Of a stretch of 64,000 bases of DNA, positions 46,457-57,410 are shown piece by piece. The notes beneath the pieces were generated by a model. It searched no databases, was not told the origin of the DNA, and worked only from the letters and a program-made list of their open reading frames with translations. The position numbers and the translations under genes are program-made. This stretch comes from Candidatus Woesearchaeota archaeon (GTDB taxonomy: Archaea; Nanobdellota; Nanobdellia; Pacearchaeales; GW2011-AR1), in the NCBI GenBank assembly GCA_964603295.1, contig CAZRUG010000001.1:53210-117209 (forward strand), in the 5' to 3' direction. Numbering within the stretch: the first letter of the stretch is position 1; each line of letters begins with the position of its first letter.

Positions 46457-46909
46457 ATGAAAGAGAAAAAAGGGATTTCACCTGTAATTGCAACTGTTCT
46501 TTTAATTTCAATGGTTGTTGTAATTGGGTTAATAATTTTCTTATGGTTTAGTACAATGGTTGAAGAAACTGTTTTAAAATTTGATCAAAATATTAAATTA
46601 TCTTGCCAAGATGTTGACATTGGTGTTGAAAAAGCTGGAAACCAAATTTCAATTTTAAATGAAGGAGATATCCCAATTTACAGATTTGAAGTAGAAATAA
46701 TCGGAGATGGATATTCTGAAACAAAAAATATAAATGATGCTGTTGAAGGAAATAAAATGCAAGGTGGTTTAAATCCTGGTGAAACATATTCTGCAAATAT
46801 TGAGGGAAATCCAAGTGAAATAAATCTTTATCCTGTGTTAATTGGAGAAGCAGATTCAGGAAAAAAAGCTTATGTTTGTGAGGATCAAAAATTCAATGTT
46901 CTACTCTAA
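46457..46909 (+). CDS. Archaeal type IV pilin
   Basis: Class III signal peptide KKG|ISPVIATVLLI. Confidence 0.88.
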   Translation: MKEKKGISPVIATVLLISMVVVIGLIIFLWFSTMVEETVLKFDQNIKLSCQDVDIGVEKAGNQISILNEGDIPIYRFEVEIIGDGYSETKNINDAVEGNKMQGGLNPGETYSANIEGNPSEINLYPVLIGEADSGKKAYVCEDQKFNVLL

Positions 46910-47393
46910 AAAGGCTTTATCAAGTATTGTTGTAACAATCTTTCTTGTTTTACTTGTAATTGTTTTAATTGGAGTAATTTGGTCTTTTGTGGATTCCTTT
47001 GTTCAAGAAGGAATTGATTCTGGAGAAGCTTGCTTTAATGTTTTAGATAAGGTTTTAATTGATAATGAAAACACGTGCTATAATCTTTCTTCAAGTCAAT
47101 TAAAGTTTGCAATCAAGAGAAAAGATATTGAATTAGATAAAATAATTGTTTCAATTGAAAATCAACAATCTGCAGAAGTTCTTTCACTTCAAGAAACTTC
47201 AAAAACAGAAGATTATTTTACAAATTATTCTAAAGGAGAGATATTAGTAATGCCTCCAAAAAAAGCATCTTATTCTTATTATTTTGATACAACTGAATTT
47301 GGTCAACCTTCAAGAATCTCAATTGCACCTGTTGTAAATGGAGTAAACTGCGAAGCAACAGATATTTCTTCTATTGGAAATTGTTTAAGTTAG
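46896..47393 (+). CDS. Archaeal type IV pilin
   Basis: KKA|LSSIVVTIFLVLL. Confidence 0.82.
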   Translation: MFYSKKALSSIVVTIFLVLLVIVLIGVIWSFVDSFVQEGIDSGEACFNVLDKVLIDNENTCYNLSSSQLKFAIKRKDIELDKIIVSIENQQSAEVLSLQETSKTEDYFTNYSKGEILVMPPKKASYSYYFDTTEFGQPSRISIAPVVNGVNCEATDISSIGNCLS

Positions 47394-47436
47394 AAAGAAT
47401 TATAAATAACTTTCAATTTATATCTAAAAGAGTAAA

Positions 47437-47955
47437 ATGAATAAAAGAGGTCAAGTCTGGGTGGAAACTGTTTTGTATACCTTAATAGCATTTGCTTTAA
47501 TAGGAGCAGCACTTTCTTTTGTCAAACCCAAAATTGAAGAAATGCAAGACAAAGCAATAATTGACCAATCTGTTTCTTTGCTTCAAGGAATTGACACAAC
47601 AATGAAAGATATTGAAAGAAAAGGCCATGGCAACAAAAGAAAACTTGAAATTAAAATGGGCAAAGGTTCTTTAACAATAGATAGTCAAGAAGACACATTA
47701 ATATTTCAAACAGAAAGCAAAGCAGTTTACAGTGAACCTGGCGTAAACGTCTATGAAGGAAATATTTTAATTAATACCTTGGAACAAGGAGAATATAATA
47801 AAGTAATACTTTCAATAGATTATAAAGATGATTACAATATCACATTTAATAATCAAGAAGATAAAAAAATAATAAGTTCTTCAACAGGAGCAAAAATTTT
47901 ATTTATTGAAAATAAAGGAGGCGACCCAACTCAAATAAATTTTGAAACAAATTAA
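47437..47955 (+). CDS. Pilin-like protein
   Basis: KRG|QVWVETVLYTLI class III-like signal. Confidence 0.78.
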   Translation: MNKRGQVWVETVLYTLIAFALIGAALSFVKPKIEEMQDKAIIDQSVSLLQGIDTTMKDIERKGHGNKRKLEIKMGKGSLTIDSQEDTLIFQTESKAVYSEPGVNVYEGNILINTLEQGEYNKVILSIDYKDDYNITFNNQEDKKIISSSTGAKILFIENKGGDPTQINFETN

Positions 47956-47956
47956 A

Positions 47957-49510
47957 ATGTCTGAAAAAAATTCAATCAAAGATTATGTAAGACCACAAAT
48001 AAATTTTAGCCCAAAAATTCCCCCATTAAAAGGATTTAAAGATAAAACAAAAGTAAATGTTCGTTATTGCTTAATTGAACCTTTTGCATATGCACATATT
48101 TATTGGGATTCAAAAATTTATGAAGTGCGTTATGATATTGAGGAACCTAAATTAGATGAAAAAGAAGAAAAACTTAAACAAAAATTAACTTATGCAATGC
48201 GTAACTTAATTAACTTTGATGTAATTGTTAAACAAGATGAACAATCTCTTTTAGAATACATTGATAAAAAACTAAAAATTCTTGCAATTGAATTTGGTTT
48301 AGATTTATCTTATGAAAGTTATATGAAAGTTTATTATTATTTATGCAGAGATTTTATTGGATTTAATGAAGTAGACCCAATATTAAAAGACTATTTTGTA
48401 GAGGATATAGAATGTAATGGAGTTGATACACCAGTTTATTTAGTTCACAGAATTTATAGAAATATGAGGACAAATTTAGTATTCAATGATATTGAAAATC
48501 TAACTGGTTTTGTTGAAAAACTTGCACAAAGAGCAGGCAAATATGTTTCTTATGCTAATCCTGTTTTAGATGCAAGTTTGCCAGATGGCTCAAGAGTCAA
48601 TGCAACTTATACGAAAGACATTTCAAATAAAGGACCAACTTTTACAATTCGTAAATTTACTAAAACACCTTGGACACCAACACAATTAATTGCTTTTAAT
48701 ACTTTAAGTCCAGAAATGATTGCATATTTTTGGTTAATGGTTCAATATAAAAGAAGTTTACTTTTAACAGGTGGAACAGCTTCAGGTAAAACAACTTTGT
48801 TAAATGCAATTGCTTTTTTTATTCCTCCAGAAGCAAGAGTTGTTTCAATTGAAGATACATTAGAATTAAATCTTCCAAGAGATAACTGGTTACCAAGTGT
48901 TGTAAGAAGTGCAACAGGTGTTGGAAAACTTGGAGAAATTGATTTATTTACTTTGCTAAGAGCTTCATTTAGACAAAACCCTGATTATGTTATTGTTGGT
49001 GAAGTTAGGGGTAAAGAAGCTTATGTTTTATTTCAAGGAATGGCTTCTGGTCATGCTTCAATTAGTACAATGCATGCAGATTCAGTTGACACAGTAATCA
49101 AAAGATTAGAAACACCCCCAATAGAATTATCTCCAACATTACTAAATACTCTCGACGCTGTGTGTATTATGACCCATGCAATTGTAAACAAAAGAGAAAC
49201 AAGAAGATTAAAAAAAGTTGTTGAAATTGTAAATGTTGATGAAGAAGGAGTTGCACAAACTAACACTCCTTTTATTTGGAATGCTTCTGAAGATGATTTT
49301 TATTTTAAAAGTCAAAGCAGAATCTTTGAAAAAATTGCTCAAGATTATGGAATGTCAATGCAAGAACTTGAAACAGAATTTAAAAGAAGAACACTTTTGA
49401 TTTATAGAATGTATGAACAAAAAATCTTTGGATTTAAACAAGTTCAAGAATTAATTAATGAATATTATAAAAAACCAGAAATAGTTTTACAAAAGTTTGG
49501 AATTAGATAA
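47957..49510 (+). CDS. Type II/IV secretion ATPase (pilus assembly)
   Basis: GGTASGKTT, SIED, RQNPDYVIVGEVRG, GH..STMHA. Confidence 0.93.
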   Translation: MSEKNSIKDYVRPQINFSPKIPPLKGFKDKTKVNVRYCLIEPFAYAHIYWDSKIYEVRYDIEEPKLDEKEEKLKQKLTYAMRNLINFDVIVKQDEQSLLEYIDKKLKILAIEFGLDLSYESYMKVYYYLCRDFIGFNEVDPILKDYFVEDIECNGVDTPVYLVHRIYRNMRTNLVFNDIENLTGFVEKLAQRAGKYVSYANPVLDASLPDGSRVNATYTKDISNKGPTFTIRKFTKTPWTPTQLIAFNTLSPEMIAYFWLMVQYKRSLLLTGGTASGKTTLLNAIAFFIPPEARVVSIEDTLELNLPRDNWLPSVVRSATGVGKLGEIDLFTLLRASFRQNPDYVIVGEVRGKEAYVLFQGMASGHASISTMHADSVDTVIKRLETPPIELSPTLLNTLDAVCIMTHAIVNKRETRRLKKVVEIVNVDEEGVAQTNTPFIWNASEDDFYFKSQSRIFEKIAQDYGMSMQELETEFKRRTLLIYRMYEQKIFGFKQVQELINEYYKKPEIVLQKFGIR

Positions 49511-49578
49511 CGAAACATTTATAAAATCCAGGCCTTTAACCTATTTTAAGAGTTCTCAAAATTTAGGCTCTTTTTTCT

Positions 49579-50268
49579 ATGGAAAATCAGGAAAATAAAA
49601 TGGATGAAGAAATCAAAAAGAATATTTTAAAGACAGGAACTACTATCTTAGGAATTGTTTGCAAAGACGGAGTTGTAACAGCTTCAGATAGGCAAGTTAC
49701 TGGCGGAAGTTCTATTGTAATGCACAAAGATTTCCCAAAAACAATTCAAATAAATGATTATTTAACAATTTCAATTTGTGGGGGAGTTTCAGCTGCACAA
49801 AGATTACTAAAAATTATTCCTGCTGAATTAAGATTAAAAGAATTAAGAAGTAAATCAAGACCAACTGTTAGACAAGCAGCAAGTTTACTTGCATCATTTT
49901 CATATTCTTCAATAAGACAACCTTCAATGATTCCAGACATTGTTGGTTCTTTGATTGCTGGCTTTAATGAAGATGGAACAACAGAATTATATTCAATTGG
50001 TGCAGATGGAACAATCTATCAAGTAACAGAATATGATGCAAATATGGGTTCAGGAATGCCTTATGTTTTAGGTTTATTAGAAAGACAATATAAAAAAGGA
50101 TTATCAGTAAAAGAAGGAATTGAATTAGCAAAAGAAGCACTTAAATCTTCAACACAAAGAGATACTGCATCAGGATATGGAATGGATATTTTTACAATAA
50201 CTAAAGACAGAATAAATAAAGTTGTTTCTCAGGAGATTCTTCCAGATTATAAAGACGACAAAGAATAA
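49579..50268 (+). CDS. psmB: Proteasome subunit beta
   Basis: Propeptide then TG|TTILG..CKDGVV.ASD, GSG, RDTASG. Confidence 0.93.
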   Translation: MENQENKMDEEIKKNILKTGTTILGIVCKDGVVTASDRQVTGGSSIVMHKDFPKTIQINDYLTISICGGVSAAQRLLKIIPAELRLKELRSKSRPTVRQAASLLASFSYSSIRQPSMIPDIVGSLIAGFNEDGTTELYSIGADGTIYQVTEYDANMGSGMPYVLGLLERQYKKGLSVKEGIELAKEALKSSTQRDTASGYGMDIFTITKDRINKVVSQEILPDYKDDKE

Positions 50269-50276
50269 TTTCTAAC

Positions 50277-52160
50277 ATGGATATTTTAAAACAAATTAAA
50301 AGCAGGGTTGAGAGTAAGATTACTGAAGCAGTTTTTGAAGGTGCAAACATAGTTCTATATACAGATAATGAAAAATTCTTCAAAGAAGGTGAATCACAGA
50401 TTAAAGAAATTGTAAATGAATTTAAAAAAAGAATTGAACTTCGTGCAGACCCAAAAATATTAATGGAACAAGAAAAAGTCAAAGAAGAAGTTATGAAAAT
50501 TGTTCCAGAAGATACAGAAGTAACAAACATTTTATTTGAACCTCATAGAAGTGTTGTAATTGTTGAAGCTAAAAAACCCGGATTAGTTATTGGAAAACAA
50601 GGTTCTATTTTAGAAGAAATTAGAACAACAACTTTATGGACACCAAAAGTTCAAAGGTCACCTGCAATCAAAAGCCAAATAACTGAAAATATTCGAGAAG
50701 TTCTTTATGCAAATAATAGTTATAGAAGAAAATTCTTAAATCAAATTGGTGAAAAAATATACAGAGAATGGTCTCCAGATAAAATGAAAGGTTGGGTTAG
50801 AGTTTCAACTCTTGGTGCAGGAAGACAAGTTGGAAGAAGTTGTTTATTATTACAAACAGCTCAGTCAAATATTTTATTAGATTGTGGAATTGATGTTGCA
50901 GGTTCTGGTTCAGATAAATTTCCTTATCTTGAAGCACCAGAATTCGATATCTCAAAACTCGACGCTGTTATAATCTCACACGCACATTTAGATCATACTG
51001 GTTTATTACCCTATCTGTATAAAATGGGTTATAAAGGTCCAGTTTATATGACCCAACCAACACGAGACATCTCAGCACTTTTAGCATTAGATTTTATTGG
51101 AGTTGCATACAAACAAGCAACAAAACCATTATTCAGTACAGCAGATATTAAAGAAATGGTAAAACATTCAATTTGCTTAAGCTTCAATGAAGTTACAGAT
51201 GTAACTCCAGATGTTAGATTAACATTCTATAATTCAGGCCATTGTTTAGGAAGTGCTTTGGTTCATTTGAATATTGGAAATGGATTACACAATTTATTAT
51301 ACACTGGAGATTACAAATACGGAAAATCAAGATTACTTGACCCTGCAATTGCTGTTTTTCCAAGAGTTGAGACAGTTATTACTGAAGCTACTTATGGTGG
51401 AAAAGAAAACATATTACCTCCAAGACAAAAATCAGAAGAAAGTTTATTAGAAGTTGTAAATAGAGCAATTAAACAAGGAGGAAAAGTTTTAATTCCAGAA
51501 TTAGGTTTAGGGCGTGCTCAAGAAACAATGTTAATTCTTGAAGAAGCAATGAAAACAGGAAAAATGGAAAAAGTTCCAATTTACATCGACGGTATGATTT
51601 GGGATATTAATGCAATTCACACAGCTTATCCAGACTTTTTAGCAGGAAGAGTAAGAAATCAAATTTTCCAAGACAACAATCCATTCACATCAGAGATTTT
51701 CTCAAGAGTTGGTTCAGGTCATGAAAGAAAACAAGTTGTTGAAGGCGGACCTTGCGTTGTTTTAGCAACATCAGGTATGCTTACAGGAGGAGCATCAGTA
51801 GAATATTTTAGAGAATTTGCAGGCTCAGAAAAAAACGCAATAGTTTTTGTTTGTTATCAAGGTGCAGGCTCATTAGGAAGACAAGTTCAAGAAGGAGTAA
51901 AAGAAGTAAAAATGAATGTTGATGGCCATGATGAAATAATTGCAGTTAAATTAGAAGTAAAAACAATTGAAGGATTAACAGCTCATGCAGGAAGAAATGA
52001 AATCGTTGCTTTTTTTAATAACATGAGGCCAAAACCAAAAAGAATCTTAATTAATCACGGAGAAGTTTCTCGTTGTTTGGATTTAGCATCTTCTTTATAC
52101 AAGCTTAACAGAACTGAAACAAATGTTCTGCGAAATCTTGAAAGCATGAGATTGAAATAA
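50277..52160 (+). CDS. fttA: aCPSF1/FttA KH + beta-CASP nuclease
   Basis: KH (KPGLVIGK.G), VGRSC, HAHLDH, TSGML, HGE. Confidence 0.93.
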   Translation: MDILKQIKSRVESKITEAVFEGANIVLYTDNEKFFKEGESQIKEIVNEFKKRIELRADPKILMEQEKVKEEVMKIVPEDTEVTNILFEPHRSVVIVEAKKPGLVIGKQGSILEEIRTTTLWTPKVQRSPAIKSQITENIREVLYANNSYRRKFLNQIGEKIYREWSPDKMKGWVRVSTLGAGRQVGRSCLLLQTAQSNILLDCGIDVAGSGSDKFPYLEAPEFDISKLDAVIISHAHLDHTGLLPYLYKMGYKGPVYMTQPTRDISALLALDFIGVAYKQATKPLFSTADIKEMVKHSICLSFNEVTDVTPDVRLTFYNSGHCLGSALVHLNIGNGLHNLLYTGDYKYGKSRLLDPAIAVFPRVETVITEATYGGKENILPPRQKSEESLLEVVNRAIKQGGKVLIPELGLGRAQETMLILEEAMKTGKMEKVPIYIDGMIWDINAIHTAYPDFLAGRVRNQIFQDNNPFTSEIFSRVGSGHERKQVVEGGPCVVLATSGMLTGGASVEYFREFAGSEKNAIVFVCYQGAGSLGRQVQEGVKEVKMNVDGHDEIIAVKLEVKTIEGLTAHAGRNEIVAFFNNMRPKPKRILINHGEVSRCLDLASSLYKLNRTETNVLRNLESMRLK

Positions 52161-52201
52161 TTTAAAAAGTCTTTTTGCTTATTTAATTAAGAGAGGTTAC
52201 A

Positions 52202-53155
52202 ATGAAACACAGATTAAAAATAACAATTATTCTTTTAGCAATGTTTGTTCTAACTCAGTTTATTGGACTTTATATTGTAGATCATTATTCAACAACCAAA
52301 GTTATCGAAGGTGTTGTTGTAAAAAATGTAACAGCTCCTTCATTGCCTTATGGTTTAGAAACTCCAGAACCAGTTGAACAAACAGATTTTGCAAGTTTCT
52401 TAATATCAATGATTATTGCATTTATTTTTGCAATTTCTTTAATGTTAATTTTAACTAAAATCAAGGCAGAGTTCATACTCAAATTATGGTTTTATTTTGT
52501 TGTTGTAATTGCACTTGGAATTTCACTCAATGCTTTTTTCTCTCCATTACAATATGCTGGAATAATGGCATTTATTTTTGCACTTGTTTTAGCTTTTTTC
52601 AAAATTTATAAAAGAAATATCTTAGTTCATAATTCAACTGAATTAATTATTTACCCTGGAATTGCAGCAGTTTTTGTTCCAATCTTAAACTTTTATACAA
52701 TTATTATCTTGTTAATTATAATTTCTATCTATGATATGTGGGCTGTTTGGAAATCTGGAATAATGCAAAAAATGGCAAAATATCAAATGGATACTTTGAA
52801 AATATTTTCTGGATTTTTTATTCCATATGTTGATGCAAAAACCAAAGCAAAAATTAAAGCTTGGAAAACTAAAGCCAAAAAAGACAAAAAGTTTAAAGAA
52901 AAAATAAAAGACAAAAAAATTGAAATGAATGTAGCAATCCTTGGGGGAGGAGATGTAATCTTTCCTATTATTACTGCTGGAGTTATGCTTAAAACACCTG
53001 GATTTGGCTTATTTGGGGCAATTTCAGTAATTATTGGAGCAACATTAGGTTTATCTTATTTATTTTTCATAGGAAGCAAGAAAAAATTCTATCCAGCAAT
53101 GCCTTATATCACAGCAGGAATTTTCTTAGGAATTTTGTTGAGTTGGATATTTTGA
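52202..53155 (+). CDS. Presenilin/SPP-like intramembrane aspartyl protease
   Basis: YD, LGGGD and PAM motifs with multiple TMs. Confidence 0.88.
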   Translation: MKHRLKITIILLAMFVLTQFIGLYIVDHYSTTKVIEGVVVKNVTAPSLPYGLETPEPVEQTDFASFLISMIIAFIFAISLMLILTKIKAEFILKLWFYFVVVIALGISLNAFFSPLQYAGIMAFIFALVLAFFKIYKRNILVHNSTELIIYPGIAAVFVPILNFYTIIILLIIISIYDMWAVWKSGIMQKMAKYQMDTLKIFSGFFIPYVDAKTKAKIKAWKTKAKKDKKFKEKIKDKKIEMNVAILGGGDVIFPIITAGVMLKTPGFGLFGAISVIIGATLGLSYLFFIGSKKKFYPAMPYITAGIFLGILLSWIF

Positions 53156-53215
53156 AGTTATTGGAAAGTGATTACAAATAGAAAAACTTAAAAACACTTT
53201 TTTTATTAGCTTTAT

Positions 53216-54112
53216 ATGACAGTAATAAATGCAATGTCTTTTGGAGAAAGTGGAGCTGCAATTGCAGATGAACAATCATCTACTCCAAAAAGAAAATATA
53301 ATGTTTCTCAAAAAATACAGCCACTCGGAGATAAAGCCTTTTTTGGTGGAAGTGGTCCTGCTGATTTTATTCGAGAGATTTACGATGAATCTAATTCACA
53401 AATTAAAGGGAGTTTGCCAATCAAAGAGATGGCAAGAATTGTAAAGGATACTCTTTTTGAAGCTAAAAACCAAAGAAAAGATGACGCTCTTAGAGCAATG
53501 TATGATTTATCATTAGAAGAGATTAAAACAGGTGTTTCTAGAAAAAGTGGAATGCAACTTGCAGATTTAACAAATCCCGTAAATATGTTGCAACAATTGG
53601 AGGAGCAACTATCTCTTGGAATTCTTATTGGGGGTTTATCTGGAAATGGTTTTGAAGTTTATCTCCTAAGTCCTCAAACAGGAACAACTAAAATTTCAAG
53701 ACCATATGCTTCAATTGGGTCTGGATCAGATGAATCTGATAAAGTTTTATCTAGTTATGCTGCAAGTCTTACAAGAGATAATAGGCTTTGTATTGGCTCT
53801 GAAGAAGGTTTAGTAAAGTTAATTGAGGCAACAAATGCTGCTTCAGACATAAATGTTGGTGTTGGAGGAATACCTTCTATAAGGTATATTTCTCAGAAAA
53901 AGGTTTATGCTCCAAATGAAGAAAATTGCATTCTCTCTGGAGAGTTAGTAAAGGGTTACATTAGGGACCTATTACCAAGAGATTTTGTTTATTCTTCAGT
54001 TATGAATTTGGTTAAGGGTGAAGCTGAGTTTGAAAAAGTAGAAGAGGATATGAAAACAAAATCAAAAGATTGGAAAAAATTAGACAGAATTCTTAGGGGA
54101 TATAAAGAATAA
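53216..54112 (+). CDS. Proteasome-beta-like Ntn hydrolase
   Basis: Thr directly after Met, AD.Q, KI, G.SG, SIGSGS, D..VGG. Confidence 0.7.
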   Translation: MTVINAMSFGESGAAIADEQSSTPKRKYNVSQKIQPLGDKAFFGGSGPADFIREIYDESNSQIKGSLPIKEMARIVKDTLFEAKNQRKDDALRAMYDLSLEEIKTGVSRKSGMQLADLTNPVNMLQQLEEQLSLGILIGGLSGNGFEVYLLSPQTGTTKISRPYASIGSGSDESDKVLSSYAASLTRDNRLCIGSEEGLVKLIEATNAASDINVGVGGIPSIRYISQKKVYAPNEENCILSGELVKGYIRDLLPRDFVYSSVMNLVKGEAEFEKVEEDMKTKSKDWKKLDRILRGYKE

Positions 54113-54171
54113 TATTATTGTTACCTTTATCAAGTCGCAACATTATAGAAACATTTATAAACCCCTTTTGA

Positions 54172-54960
54172 GTGATTACAAACATGTTAGTTAAACAAGA
54201 ATTAATAAGCAGAATCAAAGACTACTTTGACTTGAATATTTATGAAACAAAAGTTTGGTTAGCCTTGCTTGGAAAAGGAATTGCCTCTGCCGGGCAAATT
54301 GCAGAAATCTCAAAAGTTCCTCGTTCAAGAACTTACGATGTTTTAGAATCTTTAGAAAAAAAAGGATTCGCAATTGTTAAATTAGGTAAACCAGTAAAAT
54401 ACATTGGAGTAAAACCACATATTGTTTTAGAAAAATTAAAGAGAAATATTCATGAAGAAGCACAAGACAGAATCAAAAGTTTAGGCAAAATTAAAGAAAC
54501 AGAAGAATTCACTAAATTAGAAGCATTATATAATGAAGGAACAGATCCAGTAAAAAGAGAAGATATCTCAGCCGCTTTATCTGGGAAATCAAATATTACA
54601 AACTACTTAAAAGAAATATTAAGAGAAGCAAAAAAAGAAGTAATTGTTTGCTTAAGTGCAGAAGAACTTGCTAAAAAAGAAAAATTATTCAAAGCCACTT
54701 TTGATTTACTTTTGAAAAACAATGTAAAAGTCAAACTCGCTCTTTCAGGAGATGAAAAAGAAATTAAATTTGTTTCAGAAAAGTTTGGAATCAAAGCAAA
54801 GAAGATTGACATTAATGCAAAGTTCTTTATTATTGATAAAACTGAAATTCTTTTCTATGTTTCAAACAACCAAAATGGTGAAGAAAATGCAGTTTGGTTA
54901 AATTCTGAATTCTTTTCTCAAGCATTTGCAGGTTTATTTGAAACTGCAATGAAAGCTTAG
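54172..54960 (+). CDS. TrmB family transcriptional regulator
   Basis: LNIYE.K...LL, VPRSRTYDVL.SLEKKG. Confidence 0.9.
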   Translation: MITNMLVKQELISRIKDYFDLNIYETKVWLALLGKGIASAGQIAEISKVPRSRTYDVLESLEKKGFAIVKLGKPVKYIGVKPHIVLEKLKRNIHEEAQDRIKSLGKIKETEEFTKLEALYNEGTDPVKREDISAALSGKSNITNYLKEILREAKKEVIVCLSAEELAKKEKLFKATFDLLLKNNVKVKLALSGDEKEIKFVSEKFGIKAKKIDINAKFFIIDKTEILFYVSNNQNGEENAVWLNSEFFSQAFAGLFETAMKA

Positions 54961-54973
54961 GAGGTTTTTTAAA

Positions 54974-55480
54974 ATGATGATGCATAATAATAGTGTGAAA
55001 GGAATTTATGGAAGTTTTTCTTTAGCAAGAACAAGAAGTGATAATTCTGTTGTTAGAAATATTGTTCCTGTTTATGACGCAGTTGCAAACCTTGATTCAG
55101 AATATCTTGTTGGATTAAGCAGAGATGGATTTCATGTTGGGCAATTACTTTTTAATGGTTCATTAAATGTAGAACAATTAAATCCAAGAGACATGCCCTC
55201 TGAATTAAACAATCTTTTTTTTAAATTCAAGATTGAAAGAGGGAAATTTATAGCAATCCCTGTGGATCACGAAGGAATCTCATTAGAAACAAATAATAGG
55301 CTATATCGTTTTCAAGATAATAGAAAATTAATGGATGGGGATGCAAGTAGCTATATGGGTGCAAGAATGATAAATAAAAGAAGACCAATGCCTCTTGAAG
55401 AAGCAACATTTCATTTACCTGTTAGAGGAAAACTTAAATTAGGATATTCTACAAGACCTCCAATAATGACAAGATTCTAA
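54974..55480 (+). CDS. Hypothetical protein
   Basis: 168-aa ORF with a GGAGGT SD. Confidence 0.65.
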   Translation: MMMHNNSVKGIYGSFSLARTRSDNSVVRNIVPVYDAVANLDSEYLVGLSRDGFHVGQLLFNGSLNVEQLNPRDMPSELNNLFFKFKIERGKFIAIPVDHEGISLETNNRLYRFQDNRKLMDGDASSYMGARMINKRRPMPLEEATFHLPVRGKLKLGYSTRPPIMTRF

Positions 55481-56739
55481 TCAATCTTCAACTCAATAAT
55501 ACTCATCTCACTAATTTTGTCCTTATTTTTCTTTTTCCAATCTTTAATAAAATCCTTTAAATCAAAATTAACTTTTTCATTAGCATAAATTCGAGAATCC
55601 TCTTCATAAATATTTTTGTGCTTTTTCTTAAATTCTTTTAAATTATTTTTATCATTTAAATAAGGTCCTGTATAAATCACTTTAGATTTTTTATTCCCAG
55701 TAATAAATGCCTTTGCTTTTTGCTCTTTATTATACTCAAAACCTTGCTTTTCAATATCAAAGTAAAAACTTGTCTCAGACAATAAATGCTTGTAAAATTT
55801 CAATAACTTACTCCCTGCAATATCTCCTTCTTGCCTATCTGTTTCAATTTCTAATTCAATAAAATCAAAATTATTTTTCTCAGCTTTTTGCTTTTCTAAA
55901 TCAAAATCAATTTTCTTTTTCCTAAAAAAGTCTTTAGAAGGATTATTCAAAAATTCTTTAGCAACTTTTTTAAAATCTTCAAAAACTTCCTCACGCAAAG
56001 CAGCTGCAACATTTCTTTCTTTAAAAGTTGGATCAACCAAGACAATTGGTGATTGCAATTTAGAACTATTAATTTCCATTAAGATTTCTTGTTTATTTTT
56101 ATATTTCTTTTCAATATCAATAATTATTTTCTCTTCTGATTTAACAACTGATTTCAAAAATTTGTTAAAACCCTTGTAATAATAAATCAAAAGCTCAAGA
56201 GCATAACCAGAAAAACCACCTACATAAGACTCTGCACCATAGCAATTATTTGCAGCACAAAACACCTTTGCAATTTTAATATCTCTTAAAATCTTTACAT
56301 CTTTAATTTTTGATTTAACATACTTAACATGGCTATATGAAAGGTCTGTAACATTAACAGCTTCCTCAGGCTTTTTTATTTCTCTAACTGGAACAATTTC
56401 AAAATACAAGTCTTCTCCTTTATTAATTTGAAAATAATCTCGAGAACCATGAACAACTTTTAATCCATCAACTCCTTTTAACAATTCCTCTGTTAGCTCA
56501 GATAACTCATTGTCATCATACTTTTTATCAAATCTAAGGAAAACATCAACATCATAAACTTCTTTTCTCACAAGAGTTCCTTTAGCATAACTACCTCCAA
56601 CAAAAACACTTACCTTAACATTTTGTTCTTTAATTCTTTCATTTAAATCATTAAGAAAATCCTTTAACTTAGAATCAATTTCTTTAAGCTTTTCTTTAGA
56701 AGGCTCTACATTCATTTCCTTAAATATTTTCTCAGACAT
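55477..56739 (-). CDS. cca: Archaeal class I CCA-adding enzyme
   Basis: GSYAKGT..DVD, YGAE..GFSGY..EL, DP....RNVAA; the tRNA genes here lack encoded CCA. Confidence 0.92.
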   Translation of the reverse strand: MSEKIFKEMNVEPSKEKLKEIDSKLKDFLNDLNERIKEQNVKVSVFVGGSYAKGTLVRKEVYDVDVFLRFDKKYDDNELSELTEELLKGVDGLKVVHGSRDYFQINKGEDLYFEIVPVREIKKPEEAVNVTDLSYSHVKYVKSKIKDVKILRDIKIAKVFCAANNCYGAESYVGGFSGYALELLIYYYKGFNKFLKSVVKSEEKIIIDIEKKYKNKQEILMEINSSKLQSPIVLVDPTFKERNVAAALREEVFEDFKKVAKEFLNNPSKDFFRKKKIDFDLEKQKAEKNNFDFIELEIETDRQEGDIAGSKLLKFYKHLLSETSFYFDIEKQGFEYNKEQKAKAFITGNKKSKVIYTGPYLNDKNNLKEFKKKHKNIYEEDSRIYANEKVNFDLKDFIKDWKKKNKDKISEMSIIELKID

Positions 56740-56769
56740 ATATATTAAATGATAATAATCCTTATAAAA

Positions 56770-57150
56770 TTATTCTTCATCCTTTTTTCCAAAAGTCATA
56801 GATAAATCAATTATATATTTGCCGTCTTCTAATTTGTAAACTAAAGGTCTGTCTTTTCTAAATAAATTAACAACATCGATTTCATATTTTCCAGGTCCAA
56901 CTGCCCTAACTGATTCAAAATCTAAAATCACAGGAGCTTCATCATCTGTAATTCCAGCCATATCCCTGACATCTTTTTCAATTTTATCTCTTTCTTTTTC
57001 AGGAATTTCAATTGGCTCTTCCCTAACTTTTTCCAAGTATTCATCTCTAATATAAAAGAAAAACCTTCCTCCACACTCTGCACAGCCTTCTAGTAATTCT
57101 TTATTGGCCTGGGGCAGAATACGTTTACATCGAACACATTGATGAGCCAT
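56770..57150 (-). CDS. Zn-ribbon protein OapC/ArvC-like
   Basis: HQCVRC...GCAECG.RFF, ES.R...GKYEID, G.Y.IDL. Confidence 0.85.
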   Translation of the reverse strand: MAHQCVRCKRILPQANKELLEGCAECGGRFFFYIRDEYLEKVREEPIEIPEKERDKIEKDVRDMAGITDDEAPVILDFESVRAVGPGKYEIDVVNLFRKDRPLVYKLEDGKYIIDLSMTFGKKDEE

Positions 57151-57180
57151 AATAAAATTTAGAAAACAAACTTAATAAAT

Positions 57181-57384
57181 TTATCTATCGTATTCTTCTG
57201 GATAAACCCAACCTCTTCCAACAAAATAAACTTTTTTTCTTTTTGTTCTATTAATTAAAAAAACCAAGAACATTAATAATGCAATAAACAAACTTAACAA
57301 AGCCAAAAAATATTCTTCTTGAAATAGATTAAAAACAGAAATAAATACAAATAAAATAATTACTACTAAAGAAAATCTCCTCAT
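57181..57384 (-). CDS. Small two-TM protein
   Basis: Hydrophobic 67-aa ORF between oapB and oapC. Confidence 0.6.
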   Translation of the reverse strand: MRRFSLVVIILFVFISVFNLFQEEYFLALLSLFIALLMFLVFLINRTKRKKVYFVGRGWVYPEEYDR

Positions 57385-57410
57385 AGATTTTTTTAATTGA
57401 GCAGACCTGA

